This document shows positions 19,081 to 28,312 of a DNA stretch of 62,690 nt, piece by piece. Source of the stretch: a virus. Its lineage: Duplodnaviria; Caudoviricetes. Numbering within the stretch: the stretch's first letter is position 1; every line of letters begins with the position of its first letter. The translations under genes and the position numbers were made by a program. The stretch is from positions 1-62,690 of the IMG/VR virus record IMGVR_UViG_3300023296_000161. One strand, 5' to 3'. The notes under the pieces were generated by a model. That model saw only the letters and a program-made list of their open reading frames with translations, was not told the origin of the DNA and did not search any database.

Positions 19081-20127
19081 ATGGCCTTAAAAATAACGAA
19101 ACTAACTCAGCGCCGGCCCGTATATGATATTACTGTAGAGAACAACCACAACTTTTATGCTAATGGTATTGTTGTGCATAACTGTAATGAGATTCACCTT
19201 CCTACTAATGAAGATCGCACTGCTGTGTGTTGTTTGTCATCTGTCAATCTGGAGAAATTTGATGAATGGAAGGATACTACAATGATTCGTGATCTTATTC
19301 GATTCCTAGATAACGTCCTTCAGTTCTTCATTGACAATGCGGGTGATGAAATCAGTCGTGCTCGTTTCTCTGCTACACAAGAACGTAGCCTTGGTTTGGG
19401 TGCAATGGGATGGCATTCTTATTTGCACAAGCATCGTATCCCCCTTGAGTCTCCATCTGCTGTGGTTAAAAACATTCAAATCTTTGAACATATTAAATCA
19501 GAAGCAGTTGCAGAGACAGAACAACTTTCAAAGGAACGTGGTGAATGTCCAGATATGAAGGGTACAAGAAGGCGCAATTCTCACCTATTGGCAATTGCAC
19601 CTAATGCAAACAGTTCAATCATCTGTGGCACGTCGCCATCTATTGAGCCCAGTAAGGCAAATGCATATACGCACAGAACCCGTGCTGGTTCCCATTTGGT
19701 TAAAGATAAATATCTTGAAGAGGAATTGGAGAAGATAAATAAGAATGATGCAACAACTTGGAGTTCGATTATCACTAATGGTGGTTCTGTTCAACACCTA
19801 AGTTTTCTGTCATCAGAGGTAAAGGATATATTCAGGACTGCTATTGAAATTGACCAAAACGCAATCGTTTCTCAGGCTGCTGATCGGCAACAGTTTCTAT
19901 GTCAGGGTCAGTCATTAAATGTGTTCTTTCCAGCAGGCGCATCGAAGGCAGACCTACATAAAGTACACTACAATGCTTGGAAGTTGGGTTGTAAGGGATT
20001 GTATTATCTTCGTACAGAAACCTCAGCCAAAGCAGAGAATGTGTCAACCAAAATAGTGCGTGATGCATTGAAAGATTACGAAACACAAACAATGACACAA
20101 GAGGAGTGTATAGCATGTTCGGGATAG
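19081..20127 (+). CDS. nrdA: Split intein C fragment (34 aa) fused to RNR alpha C-terminal part
   Basis: VYDITVENNHNFYANGIVVHN then CNEI; CCLSS, AIAPNANSS, LYYLR, C-terminal CIACSG. Confidence 0.93.
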   Translation: MALKITKLTQRRPVYDITVENNHNFYANGIVVHNCNEIHLPTNEDRTAVCCLSSVNLEKFDEWKDTTMIRDLIRFLDNVLQFFIDNAGDEISRARFSATQERSLGLGAMGWHSYLHKHRIPLESPSAVVKNIQIFEHIKSEAVAETEQLSKERGECPDMKGTRRRNSHLLAIAPNANSSIICGTSPSIEPSKANAYTHRTRAGSHLVKDKYLEEELEKINKNDATTWSSIITNGGSVQHLSFLSSEVKDIFRTAIEIDQNAIVSQAADRQQFLCQGQSLNVFFPAGASKADLHKVHYNAWKLGCKGLYYLRTETSAKAENVSTKIVRDALKDYETQTMTQEECIACSG

Positions 20128-20429
20128 CGCTAACAAAATCGGCAGTTGATTATCTAGATAGTGTTAGATCAGATGGAGACTATGTGTCCCTTGGAGTTAA
20201 GGGTGGTGGATGTTCTGGTTTGGAATATGTTTGGGCAATGGCATCAGAGCTTCCAGATGTAAATTGGTCAGAACCAATTGAAAATGTATTAGTACTTGAC
20301 CCAATGGCAGAGATGTATGTCTTGGGGTCAGAAATAGATTATGTAACAGAGTTGGGGGGTTCGTTCCTCAAAATTAGCAATCCACAACAGAAAAGTAGTT
20401 GTGGTTGTGGATCATCGTTTGGAGTATAG
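20115..20429 (+). CDS. HesB/IscA-family Fe-S cluster carrier
   Basis: GGGCSG and CGCGSSF motifs. Confidence 0.9.
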   Translation: MFGIALTKSAVDYLDSVRSDGDYVSLGVKGGGCSGLEYVWAMASELPDVNWSEPIENVLVLDPMAEMYVLGSEIDYVTELGGSFLKISNPQQKSSCGCGSSFGV

Positions 20430-20430
20430 T

Positions 20431-21582
20431 ATGAATATAAGAGTGGTAACAAAGTCCGATTGTCCATTTTGCACGATGGCAAAGAGTTGGTTGAAGGAAC
20501 ATGCATTTGAGTATGAAGAGGATTTGATTGATAATGAAGAAGAACGTCTAGCGTTCTATCAGACAATCAATGGCGCTACCGAAGTGGTGGGTGCGATGAA
20601 TACTCGTAGGGTTAATTCTGTTCCCCAAATCTTTATTGATGACAAGCGTATCGGGGGTTATGATGATCTAATGAAGATGGGTGATGACCTACTGAAGAAA
20701 CGCAGCGGGGGTGGACTATTACAGTTCAGTGAAACCTATAAACCGTTTCACTATCCTTGGGCAGTAGAGATTACCACACGCCATGAAAAGGCACATTGGA
20801 TTGAGGACGAACTTGATTTGTCTGAGGATGTGGCTGATTGGAAGTCTGGTAAGGTCACTGAGACTGAGAAGGAATATGTTACCAACATCCTACGCCTGTT
20901 CACACAGTCTGATGTTGCAGTGGGTCAGAACTATTATGACCAGTTTATTCCCAAGTTCAAGAATAATGAAATCCGTAACATGCTTGGTTCTTTTGCAGCC
21001 CGTGAAGGTATACACCAACGTGCATATGCTCTACTCAATGAGACACTTGGGTTGCCAGACAGTGAGTACCATGCATTCCTAGAGTACAAGGAAATGGTAA
21101 ATAAGATTGAGTTCATGCAGGAGTCAGACAATACCACAATGAAGGGTCTAGGTCTTGCACTTGCAAAGTCTGTGTTCAATGAAGGTGTTGCACTGTTTGC
21201 GTCATTCGTTATGCTCCTCAACTTCCAGCGGTTCGGTAAGATGAAGGGTATGGGTAAGGTTGTTGAGTGGTCTATTCGTGACGAAGCATTATTGGTTGGC
21301 ACGAAAGTAACAACTAAGGCCGGCGATAAAAATATTGAAAATATAACATTAGAAGATGAAGTGTTACAATTTGATATGAACACAAAAGATTTTTCATATA
21401 CAAACCCAACAAAAACACAAAAAGTTATTCGTGATGAAATATATCATTTTGAGGGCGCCGGGTTTGACCAAAAAGTTTCACCAAATCATAGAATGATATA
21501 TGAACAGGGTGGTGAAATAAAGGAATGTTTAGCAAAGGATTTTGAACCATCAGAAGACAAATATTTTATAATTGTTGAATAA
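20431..21582 (+). CDS. nrdB: Glutaredoxin/NrdH fused to RNR beta N-terminal part, fused to split intein N fragment (21286-21579)
   Basis: CPFC...VPQIF...GG Grx domain; EGIHQRAY; EWSIRDE then ALLVGT (Ala-start intein) and SPNH block B. Confidence 0.9.
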   Translation: MNIRVVTKSDCPFCTMAKSWLKEHAFEYEEDLIDNEEERLAFYQTINGATEVVGAMNTRRVNSVPQIFIDDKRIGGYDDLMKMGDDLLKKRSGGGLLQFSETYKPFHYPWAVEITTRHEKAHWIEDELDLSEDVADWKSGKVTETEKEYVTNILRLFTQSDVAVGQNYYDQFIPKFKNNEIRNMLGSFAAREGIHQRAYALLNETLGLPDSEYHAFLEYKEMVNKIEFMQESDNTTMKGLGLALAKSVFNEGVALFASFVMLLNFQRFGKMKGMGKVVEWSIRDEALLVGTKVTTKAGDKNIENITLEDEVLQFDMNTKDFSYTNPTKTQKVIRDEIYHFEGAGFDQKVSPNHRMIYEQGGEIKECLAKDFEPSEDKYFIIVE

Positions 21583-21639
21583 CTCTTTCGTCTTGAATAC
21601 TCCATTATTATAAATAGTATTATAATATTAACTGGGGGT

Positions 21640-22416
21640 ATGTTGATGGGGTATATATACAAAACATTAAATGTAACTAATAATAGGGTTTATATTGGTA
21701 AAAGTCATAAAAAAATATTTGATGAAAATTACTTTGGTTCTGGAATGTTGCTGCGTCAATCAATAAAAAAACACGGCAGTACTGATCATTTAATTGTTTC
21801 TATTATTGAATATTGTGATAATAGTGATATAGATGATAGAGAAATATATTGGATTGACAAATATAAATCTAAATTTGGTGATTTGATATACAATTTATCA
21901 GAAGGTGGTTCGGGCGGAAACACAAATAAATATAAATCACCAGAAGAAAGGAATAAAATATATAAACGCATATCAAAGAAAACTATTGGGAGAAAAGATT
22001 CGCCAGAAGTAAAATTGAAAAAATCAATATCAGCTAAAAAAAGAATAATAGATTTTCCTAACACATTACCGGACAATAAAGGAAGAATTCATGAGAGGAG
22101 TGGTTTAGAAAATATACGAAATGGGATAAAAAAAAGAATTGGTGAGATGACTATAACTGATGGTGTAAATGAAAAAAAGATTATGAATGAAATTGATATT
22201 CCTGATGGTTGGCAAAGAGGGAGAAGCAATGCGTTTAAAAATAAATCGAGGGGGAGAACAATGAGTGTTGAATCTTCATCTAAAAAATCAAAACATTTTA
22301 CTGGAAAAATTAGAATCACAAATAAAGTGGAAAATAAATGGATTTGTGGGGGACAAGAAATTCCAGCTGGATATATAAGAGGAATAACAAAAAGGGGTGA
22401 CATGATATGCAAATAA
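21640..22416 (+). mobile_element. Free-standing GIY-YIG homing endonuclease inside split nrdB
   Basis: GYIYKT...VYIGKS, YFGSG, YNLSEGGSGG; very AT-rich; late promoter 21609-21616. Confidence 0.88.
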
Positions 22417-22943
22417 AAAGAATTAAATCAACCGATGTAAAAATAACACATACAAAACTTGACGAACCAACAGAATTTCATTGCTTATCTGTTCCGGGTA
22501 AATCATTTGTTGTTACGGATGAACATGGCAATAGGTCGGTTACTGGAAATAGTATGCATGTTGAGGGGAACGCTAAACTGTTCCGTCAATTTTGTGTTGA
22601 GCATCCCAAGGTAGTTGATGATGATTTCAAGGGAGACATTTATGTTATGGCTCGTGTTGCAGTCAAGTTAGAAGACAAATTCATTGACCTTGCCTATAAG
22701 ATGGGTGAGATTGAAGGTCTAGATGCGTCTGAAGTAAAGTCATATATAAGGTATATAACAGACAGACGTTTATTGCAGTTGGGTTTAAAAACCAATTTTA
22801 AGGTAAAGGAAAATCCTCTGCCTTGGTTAGAGTGGGTACTGAATGGTGCAGACCACACTAACTTCTTTGAGGGAAGAGTTACAGAATATGAGGTGGCAGG
22901 ATTATCAGGCAACTGGGAAGACGCATATGAGGCAATTGCGTGA
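22407..22943 (+). CDS. nrdB: Split intein C fragment (48 aa) fused to RNR beta C-terminal part
   Basis: EFHCLSV block F, VTGN end, then SMHVEG; HTNFFEGRVTEY. Confidence 0.9.
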   Translation: MQIKRIKSTDVKITHTKLDEPTEFHCLSVPGKSFVVTDEHGNRSVTGNSMHVEGNAKLFRQFCVEHPKVVDDDFKGDIYVMARVAVKLEDKFIDLAYKMGEIEGLDASEVKSYIRYITDRRLLQLGLKTNFKVKENPLPWLEWVLNGADHTNFFEGRVTEYEVAGLSGNWEDAYEAIA

Positions 22944-23098
22944 AATTAATAGTATGTGAAGAATGTGAAGCAGAGTTTCGTATTAAACATGGGATGGATG
23001 AACACCATTATCAAATAACCTATTGTCCTTTCTGTGGTGAATCAACTTATGATCCAGAATTTGTTGATGAGATTGAGTGGAGCGAAGAGGATGAATAA
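22940..23098 (+). CDS. Small zinc-ribbon protein; not in ORF track
   Basis: GTG start, CEEC...CPFC. Confidence 0.65.
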   Translation: MKLIVCEECEAEFRIKHGMDEHHYQITYCPFCGESTYDPEFVDEIEWSEEDE

Positions 23099-23529
23099 TG
23101 AGTGATTTTTATATTACTGGAACAAGGAGAGGCCTTGGTCAAGCACTTAGTGTATTCTATGACACAGTAGATACTCTAGAAGATTGTGATGTATTTATTA
23201 ATTGCAAACATGATGGGTTTCAACAAGTTGATCTATTGTATAAGGCTGCTGAACTCAACAAACGTATAATTAATATAGGATCAAATTCTCCTGATCAGCG
23301 TGGAAATAGAATTAGAACTTATCCAACTGAGAAAGCAGCATTAGACTATGCTAATGATCAATTGTTTTATCAAGGAATAGATACAACGATTGTAAGGTTT
23401 GGTCGTTTTGATACTGCTAGGGTTGCTCATATTGACGCTCCAAAAATGACTGTATCATATTGTGTATCACTTATTGATTGGATTCTTAATCAACCATATA
23501 GAGTAAAAGACATTACGGTTACACCATGA
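23098..23529 (+). CDS. Minimal short-chain dehydrogenase-like (Rossmann) protein
   Basis: ITGTRRGLG, IINIGS, YxxxK. Confidence 0.65.
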   Translation: MSDFYITGTRRGLGQALSVFYDTVDTLEDCDVFINCKHDGFQQVDLLYKAAELNKRIINIGSNSPDQRGNRIRTYPTEKAALDYANDQLFYQGIDTTIVRFGRFDTARVAHIDAPKMTVSYCVSLIDWILNQPYRVKDITVTP

Positions 23530-23681
23530 ACATGTGGAAATATTGGTGTAAGGCAATCGGGTATAAAGCATTTGATGAGGATGACAAAGCAGACAGGGTT
23601 GCGATAATCAGGACTGTTTGGGTTGTCTTACATACAGCAACATGCTTTGCAATTATTGCAAACGCTTGGAGACAGTGGTGA
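23526..23681 (+). CDS. Small membrane protein; not in ORF track
   Basis: MNMWKYWCKAIG...ADRVAIIRT...IIANAWRQW. Confidence 0.55.
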   Translation: MNMWKYWCKAIGYKAFDEDDKADRVAIIRTVWVVLHTATCFAIIANAWRQW

Positions 23682-24094
23682 CTTGGCACTACAACGGAAA
23701 ACCATTCACAAGTGAAATGATTGAAGACAATCTTGGTTTTGTTTATATAGTAACTGACAAAAGAAATGGTAAAGACTATATTGGCAAAAAAGGTTTAGTG
23801 TCTAAAAGAAAATTACCCCCACTGAAGGGTAAGAAAAGAAAACGCATCAAGATAGTGGAGACTGATTGGAAAACTTACTGTGGTTCAAATGAAGAAGTAA
23901 AGTTGTTAGTAGAAGAACACGGATTAGAATTGTTTGATAGAAAAATTGTTCGGCTATGTAAATCAAAGGGCGAAATAAATTACTATGAAGCTAAACTTCA
24001 ATTTGACACAGATTGTCTATTAAAACCAGATGAATTTTATAATGCATTTATAGGATGTAAAATAAGTCGCTCCCACCTAATAACTAAACCCTAA
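23678..24094 (+). CDS. GIY-YIG-like conserved phage nuclease
   Basis: GFVYIVT...YIGKK, DWKTYCGS, FYN; GGAG SD before GTG. Confidence 0.7.
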   Translation: MTWHYNGKPFTSEMIEDNLGFVYIVTDKRNGKDYIGKKGLVSKRKLPPLKGKKRKRIKIVETDWKTYCGSNEEVKLLVEEHGLELFDRKIVRLCKSKGEINYYEAKLQFDTDCLLKPDEFYNAFIGCKISRSHLITKP

Positions 24095-24145
24095 AACACC
24101 CGAATCACCTAAATAATCCTATATCGTATTTTATAGGAGTCAGCG

Positions 24146-24424
24146 ATGGAAATATTTGCAATTATCGCTGAACTTGGTTTTACGGTTACTGCCGTTTTAG
24201 CTGGTGGTGCATTTATTATTATTCTCCTAAAATATATACTAGCATCGGTGGTAGATTCCGCTGCGACATTGAATATGTTGATTACGGCGTTAGATAACCG
24301 TGTCAAAACTATTAATAATGAAATTGTGAGACTAGACTCTTTGGTATGCCATGTATTGGGTGTAAAACCAGATGTCCGAAGGATGTCTGCTGCCGATGGC
24401 AAGGAGGATGCCAGAAAGGACTAG
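24146..24424 (+). CDS. Small membrane protein at head of curli-like cassette
   Basis: N-terminal TM, LDNRVKTINNEIVRLD. Confidence 0.65.
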   Translation: MEIFAIIAELGFTVTAVLAGGAFIIILLKYILASVVDSAATLNMLITALDNRVKTINNEIVRLDSLVCHVLGVKPDVRRMSAADGKEDARKD

Positions 24425-24428
24425 TTGA

Positions 24429-24683
24429 ATGGAAGAGATTATTAAAGCAGTCCAAGAACAGGGCATTACTGTAGTTATGGCTGTTGGTATGGGTTATTTC
24501 ATATTCTTTATTTGGAGATACGTCACCCAAGAAATTCTTCCCGCATTGGAAAAGGCAACCGGAACTACTATTGGACTTATTGATAGGGTACGGATGCTTG
24601 ACAATGATATGATACGAATGGACCAAAAGATCAATACTATACTGGAACTTCGTGATATTGAGAAGGAGAAGAAGAATGATTAG
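24429..24683 (+). CDS. Small membrane protein, apparent paralog of the preceding gene
   Basis: N-terminal TM, LIDRVRMLDNDMIRMD. Confidence 0.65.
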   Translation: MEEIIKAVQEQGITVVMAVGMGYFIFFIWRYVTQEILPALEKATGTTIGLIDRVRMLDNDMIRMDQKINTILELRDIEKEKKND

Positions 24684-25113
24684 GTTTATACCGATATTAT
24701 TGTTTGTTCCTTCACTTGCGTTTGCTGGAGATTTGACGCACCAATGGAAGTCTCCTGCTTTTAGTGGGCAGGGATATAGCGCCCATGTTCTAACTATTGA
24801 GAATCAAGAGTTCTCTAGGAAACAAGCAATCAAAGAGAAACGAGAAGCAGAGAAACGTCAAGCAATACGAGATGCTGCAAATACGAACCTATCTAAATTT
24901 ATGAAAAATGTAGAGTCAAGGATATATGCTCAACTTTCAAAACAATTAGTAGATAGTATGTTCGGAGAAGAATCTTCAACTTCCGGCACAGTTACTTTTG
25001 AGGGTACAACAATCAGTTACACCAAAAGTTCTGAAACCGTAGAATTAACGATTGTGGATGCAAATGGTAGTTCGACTATTATCACTGTTCCTGTTGGCGA
25101 CTTTACTTTCTAG
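24676..25113 (+). CDS. csgF: Curli assembly protein CsgF-like
   Basis: Signal peptide, L.H.WKSPAFSG, ESRIYAQLS.QL, terminal ITVP. Confidence 0.75.
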   Translation: MIRFIPILLFVPSLAFAGDLTHQWKSPAFSGQGYSAHVLTIENQEFSRKQAIKEKREAEKRQAIRDAANTNLSKFMKNVESRIYAQLSKQLVDSMFGEESSTSGTVTFEGTTISYTKSSETVELTIVDANGSSTIITVPVGDFTF

Positions 25114-25852
25114 TTGTGCATCTATCCAACCGATAGATGCACCTGAAGTAACTTCATCGCCAATGGTAGATGAACTAAAAAATATCCCGGCACCAGTGCA
25201 AAAAGTGCCGATAGCAGTGTATAAATTTAATGACGTTACTGGTCAGAGAAAGTCTGGTAATAATCTTGCTTTGCTTAGTAGTGCGGTTACACAGGGCGGT
25301 GACATATGGTTACTGCAAGCATTAAAGAAGGCTGGGAATGGTGAGTGGTTTCAAGTTATTGAGAGGATGGAATTAGACAATCTTCTTAAAGAACGGCAGA
25401 TTATACGAAACACAAGAAAGTCGCACGAAGGAGATAAAGCAGAAAAGATCAGGCCGCTACTATTTGCAGGAGTGTTACTAACAGGCGGTATAGTTGGTTA
25501 TGATACTAATACGGAAACTGGTGGACTAGGTGTAAGATATTTGGGTATTGGTATATCTGATGAGTATCGTAAAGATATGGTTACAGTTGCTTTACGATTA
25601 ATATCGGTACAGACAGGTGAGGTGTTACTAGCAGTCAGTTCTCAGAAGACAATTCTGAGTACTAAGTTATCTGCTACAGTGTTCAAGTTTTTGGATATGG
25701 GAACAAGCTTGCTGGAGACTGAAGCAGGTATAACAGACAATGAGTCTACTACCTATGCCGTGAGGAAAGCAATTGAACAATCGGTTATAGAAATTATTAA
25801 GGTGGGTGAGAAAAATAAACTTTGGGAATTTAAAAAGGAGAAAATCAAATGA
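25064..25852 (+). CDS. csgG: Curli secretion channel CsgG-like lipoprotein
   Basis: Lipobox LLSSC, AVYKFNDVTGQRK, SSAVTQG, LLKERQIIR, GGIVGYD. Confidence 0.9.
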   Translation: MVVRLLSLFLLATLLSSCASIQPIDAPEVTSSPMVDELKNIPAPVQKVPIAVYKFNDVTGQRKSGNNLALLSSAVTQGGDIWLLQALKKAGNGEWFQVIERMELDNLLKERQIIRNTRKSHEGDKAEKIRPLLFAGVLLTGGIVGYDTNTETGGLGVRYLGIGISDEYRKDMVTVALRLISVQTGEVLLAVSSQKTILSTKLSATVFKFLDMGTSLLETEAGITDNESTTYAVRKAIEQSVIEIIKVGEKNKLWEFKKEKIK

Positions 25853-26532
25853 GAACGAGCATACTTACTATTCTCGCTTACTTTGTTATGATGAATGTGG
25901 GTTATGCGAGTGACGTTTACATTACGCAGTCTGGTGCAAGTCTGACTGCAAACATCAATCAAGATGGACAAGACAACCAATTTGGTGACGGGACAACTGA
26001 TGTTACCCTAACAGGTGACAACCAGACGTTGGACATTGACCAAGTTGGTAGTACAAATACTATTGCTGCATCTGTCGTTGGTGCAACACAAGAGTTAACA
26101 ATCAACCAGACAGGTAGTAGTAATACGTCTACCGTATCGGTTGGTTCTAGTTCTTCATCTGATGACAACAGTATTATCCAGACAATCACTGGTAGCTCAA
26201 ATACGACTACGGTGAATGTGGGTAATAGTGCTGCGTCTAGTGATGCCGATGTTGATCTTGTTGTTACAGGTGACAGTAATACAGTGACTATTAATGAAAA
26301 TAGTACTGCAACAATGGCGAGTGGTGATAAGAAGGTGACAAACATTACAGCGATTGGTGGAAGTAATACTATTACATCTACACACACTGGTGCTGCTGAC
26401 CAAGACACAACCCTGCATCATACGGGTTCATCTAGTACTTTTTCTATTACACAGGGTGGTGCATATGATGGAACAGTGGACATGACAACAGTGGGGTCAG
26501 GCCATGATGTTACGATTACTATGGACGATTAG
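25849..26532 (+). CDS. Curlin-repeat protein (CsgA/B-like)
   Basis: Signal peptide and repeated Q-x-G-x-x-N units. Confidence 0.7.
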   Translation: MRTSILTILAYFVMMNVGYASDVYITQSGASLTANINQDGQDNQFGDGTTDVTLTGDNQTLDIDQVGSTNTIAASVVGATQELTINQTGSSNTSTVSVGSSSSSDDNSIIQTITGSSNTTTVNVGNSAASSDADVDLVVTGDSNTVTINENSTATMASGDKKVTNITAIGGSNTITSTHTGAADQDTTLHHTGSSSTFSITQGGAYDGTVDMTTVGSGHDVTITMDD

Positions 26533-27562
26533 TATTATTTTCTTTAGTACCAATGCTTATGGTGCTATTGGAAATGTGGTCAAAGGAAACGCTTCTGTAG
26601 AAAGGTCTGGTGAAAAGACTGATCTAAAGAAGGGTTCCGATATTGAGTTTAAGGACACTGTGAAAACTGGTAAAGGTGACATAGGTATCACGTTTGTTGA
26701 TGATACTAATGTTGCAGTGAGTGCCCACAGTGCTTTGGTAATTGATGAATTTATATATGACCCTAATTCTAAAACAGGCTCTAAGTTGGTCATGAATATT
26801 GCACTTGGCACAGTGCGATATGCGAGTGGTAATATTGCTAAATTAAATCATCAGAACGTAGAAATTAGAACACCAACAGCAAGGATTGGTGTGTTGGGGA
26901 CTGCATTCAGTATGACCGTGGATGAGGTTGGAAAATCTTTAATTATTCTACTACCCAACAAAGACGGGACCGTAGGTAAGATATCGGTAGAGACTGATGC
27001 GGGACAAGTTATTATGAACCAAGCATTCCAATCAACATTAGTTAGTACGGGGGAAAACAAACCATCTAAGCCTGTAATACTAGATTTGACATTAGACCAG
27101 ATTAATAACATGTTGATTATTAAACCGCCCAAACAGAAATTGTTGGATTTATTAGAGGATTCTAAAGACAGTAAGAATTTACTTGATATTGATCTCTTAG
27201 AGTTTAATGATTTAGGTAAGAACGAATTAGAAGAAGACCTATTTGGGTTTAATGAATTAGACATTAACGATTTGGATGTTGACCTACTTGGAAATATCCT
27301 AGACCAGATTGCCGCTTCACTCGCACAATCAGAGATGATTGATGGTAGAACAAGTGGGTTTAATAAAGTCACACAGGTCAACACACTGGTAGATGGAAAC
27401 AGCACACGCATCATACGAAGAGTAGGAAGTAACACAGTAGATTTAGACTTGATAAACGACTATGGTTATAGGATTAATATTACACAGGGAATGCCTGTGC
27501 CGGAGATAACAACAAAAGATGAAAACGCTTCTAATATCATTAATATTACTCAGTCTGACTAA
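26504..27562 (+). CDS. FecR-domain protein
   Basis: D.VKTG...ITFVDDT...L.IDEF...G.VRY...IRTPTARIGVLGT.F. Confidence 0.8.
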   Translation: MMLRLLWTISIIFFSTNAYGAIGNVVKGNASVERSGEKTDLKKGSDIEFKDTVKTGKGDIGITFVDDTNVAVSAHSALVIDEFIYDPNSKTGSKLVMNIALGTVRYASGNIAKLNHQNVEIRTPTARIGVLGTAFSMTVDEVGKSLIILLPNKDGTVGKISVETDAGQVIMNQAFQSTLVSTGENKPSKPVILDLTLDQINNMLIIKPPKQKLLDLLEDSKDSKNLLDIDLLEFNDLGKNELEEDLFGFNELDINDLDVDLLGNILDQIAASLAQSEMIDGRTSGFNKVTQVNTLVDGNSTRIIRRVGSNTVDLDLINDYGYRINITQGMPVPEITTKDENASNIINITQSD

Positions 27563-28310
27563 CTTTGCACTTGCTGGCAACAGTGTGTTCATTGAACAGA
27601 TAGGTACGAGTACAGATTCTACGATAACTGTAGATATTGACGGTAATAACAATTCCGTAAATCTTACTATGGAAGGTACTAACAATGATTTGAATATTAC
27701 ACAAGGGGGAAACAACAATACAGTCAGTTGGATTTCTTATTGGGGTAGTGGTGAGACTTGGGGTGGTGATTTGGATGGTAACAGCAACACCATAAAAACT
27801 GAACAATACAACACCACCGGCACAGATACGAATAGGGTGGGTATGCATATTCAGAGCAATAGCAACACGGTTAGTGTTGGCCAAGGATGTACATATGATA
27901 GCCAATCAGACACAACTTGTTCTGGTACTATATCAGAATATGGTGGCCATACTGTGAATTTAGACTTACATTCAGGTAATAATAACATCAAGGTGGGTCA
28001 ATCATCAGGTTCGGTTGATGCAGACCATTATGCACAGATTTACATGTATGGTGGGGAATATAATACTATGTTTGTCAAGCAGGATGGTAGTGGAAATAAG
28101 ACCCTAAATATAACAGTGAGGACAGATGGTGGGACACAATCTGTTATTCAAAAAGATAGCGGGGCCCATAGTGCAACAATAGATTTGACAGGTAGTTATC
28201 ACACAGATTTGAATTTGATTCAGCAAGGTAGTACAAACCAATCATATTCATTGACACAGAATTGTCTGACAAGTGGTGGATGTAGTGTGGGAATTACGCA
28301 AGGAAATTAG
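27519..28310 (+). CDS. Second curlin-repeat protein
   Basis: Signal peptide, IEQIG, ITQGGNNN and QQGSTNQ repeats. Confidence 0.7.
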   Translation: MKTLLISLILLSLTNFALAGNSVFIEQIGTSTDSTITVDIDGNNNSVNLTMEGTNNDLNITQGGNNNTVSWISYWGSGETWGGDLDGNSNTIKTEQYNTTGTDTNRVGMHIQSNSNTVSVGQGCTYDSQSDTTCSGTISEYGGHTVNLDLHSGNNNIKVGQSSGSVDADHYAQIYMYGGEYNTMFVKQDGSGNKTLNITVRTDGGTQSVIQKDSGAHSATIDLTGSYHTDLNLIQQGSTNQSYSLTQNCLTSGGCSVGITQGN

Positions 28311-28312
28311 TT

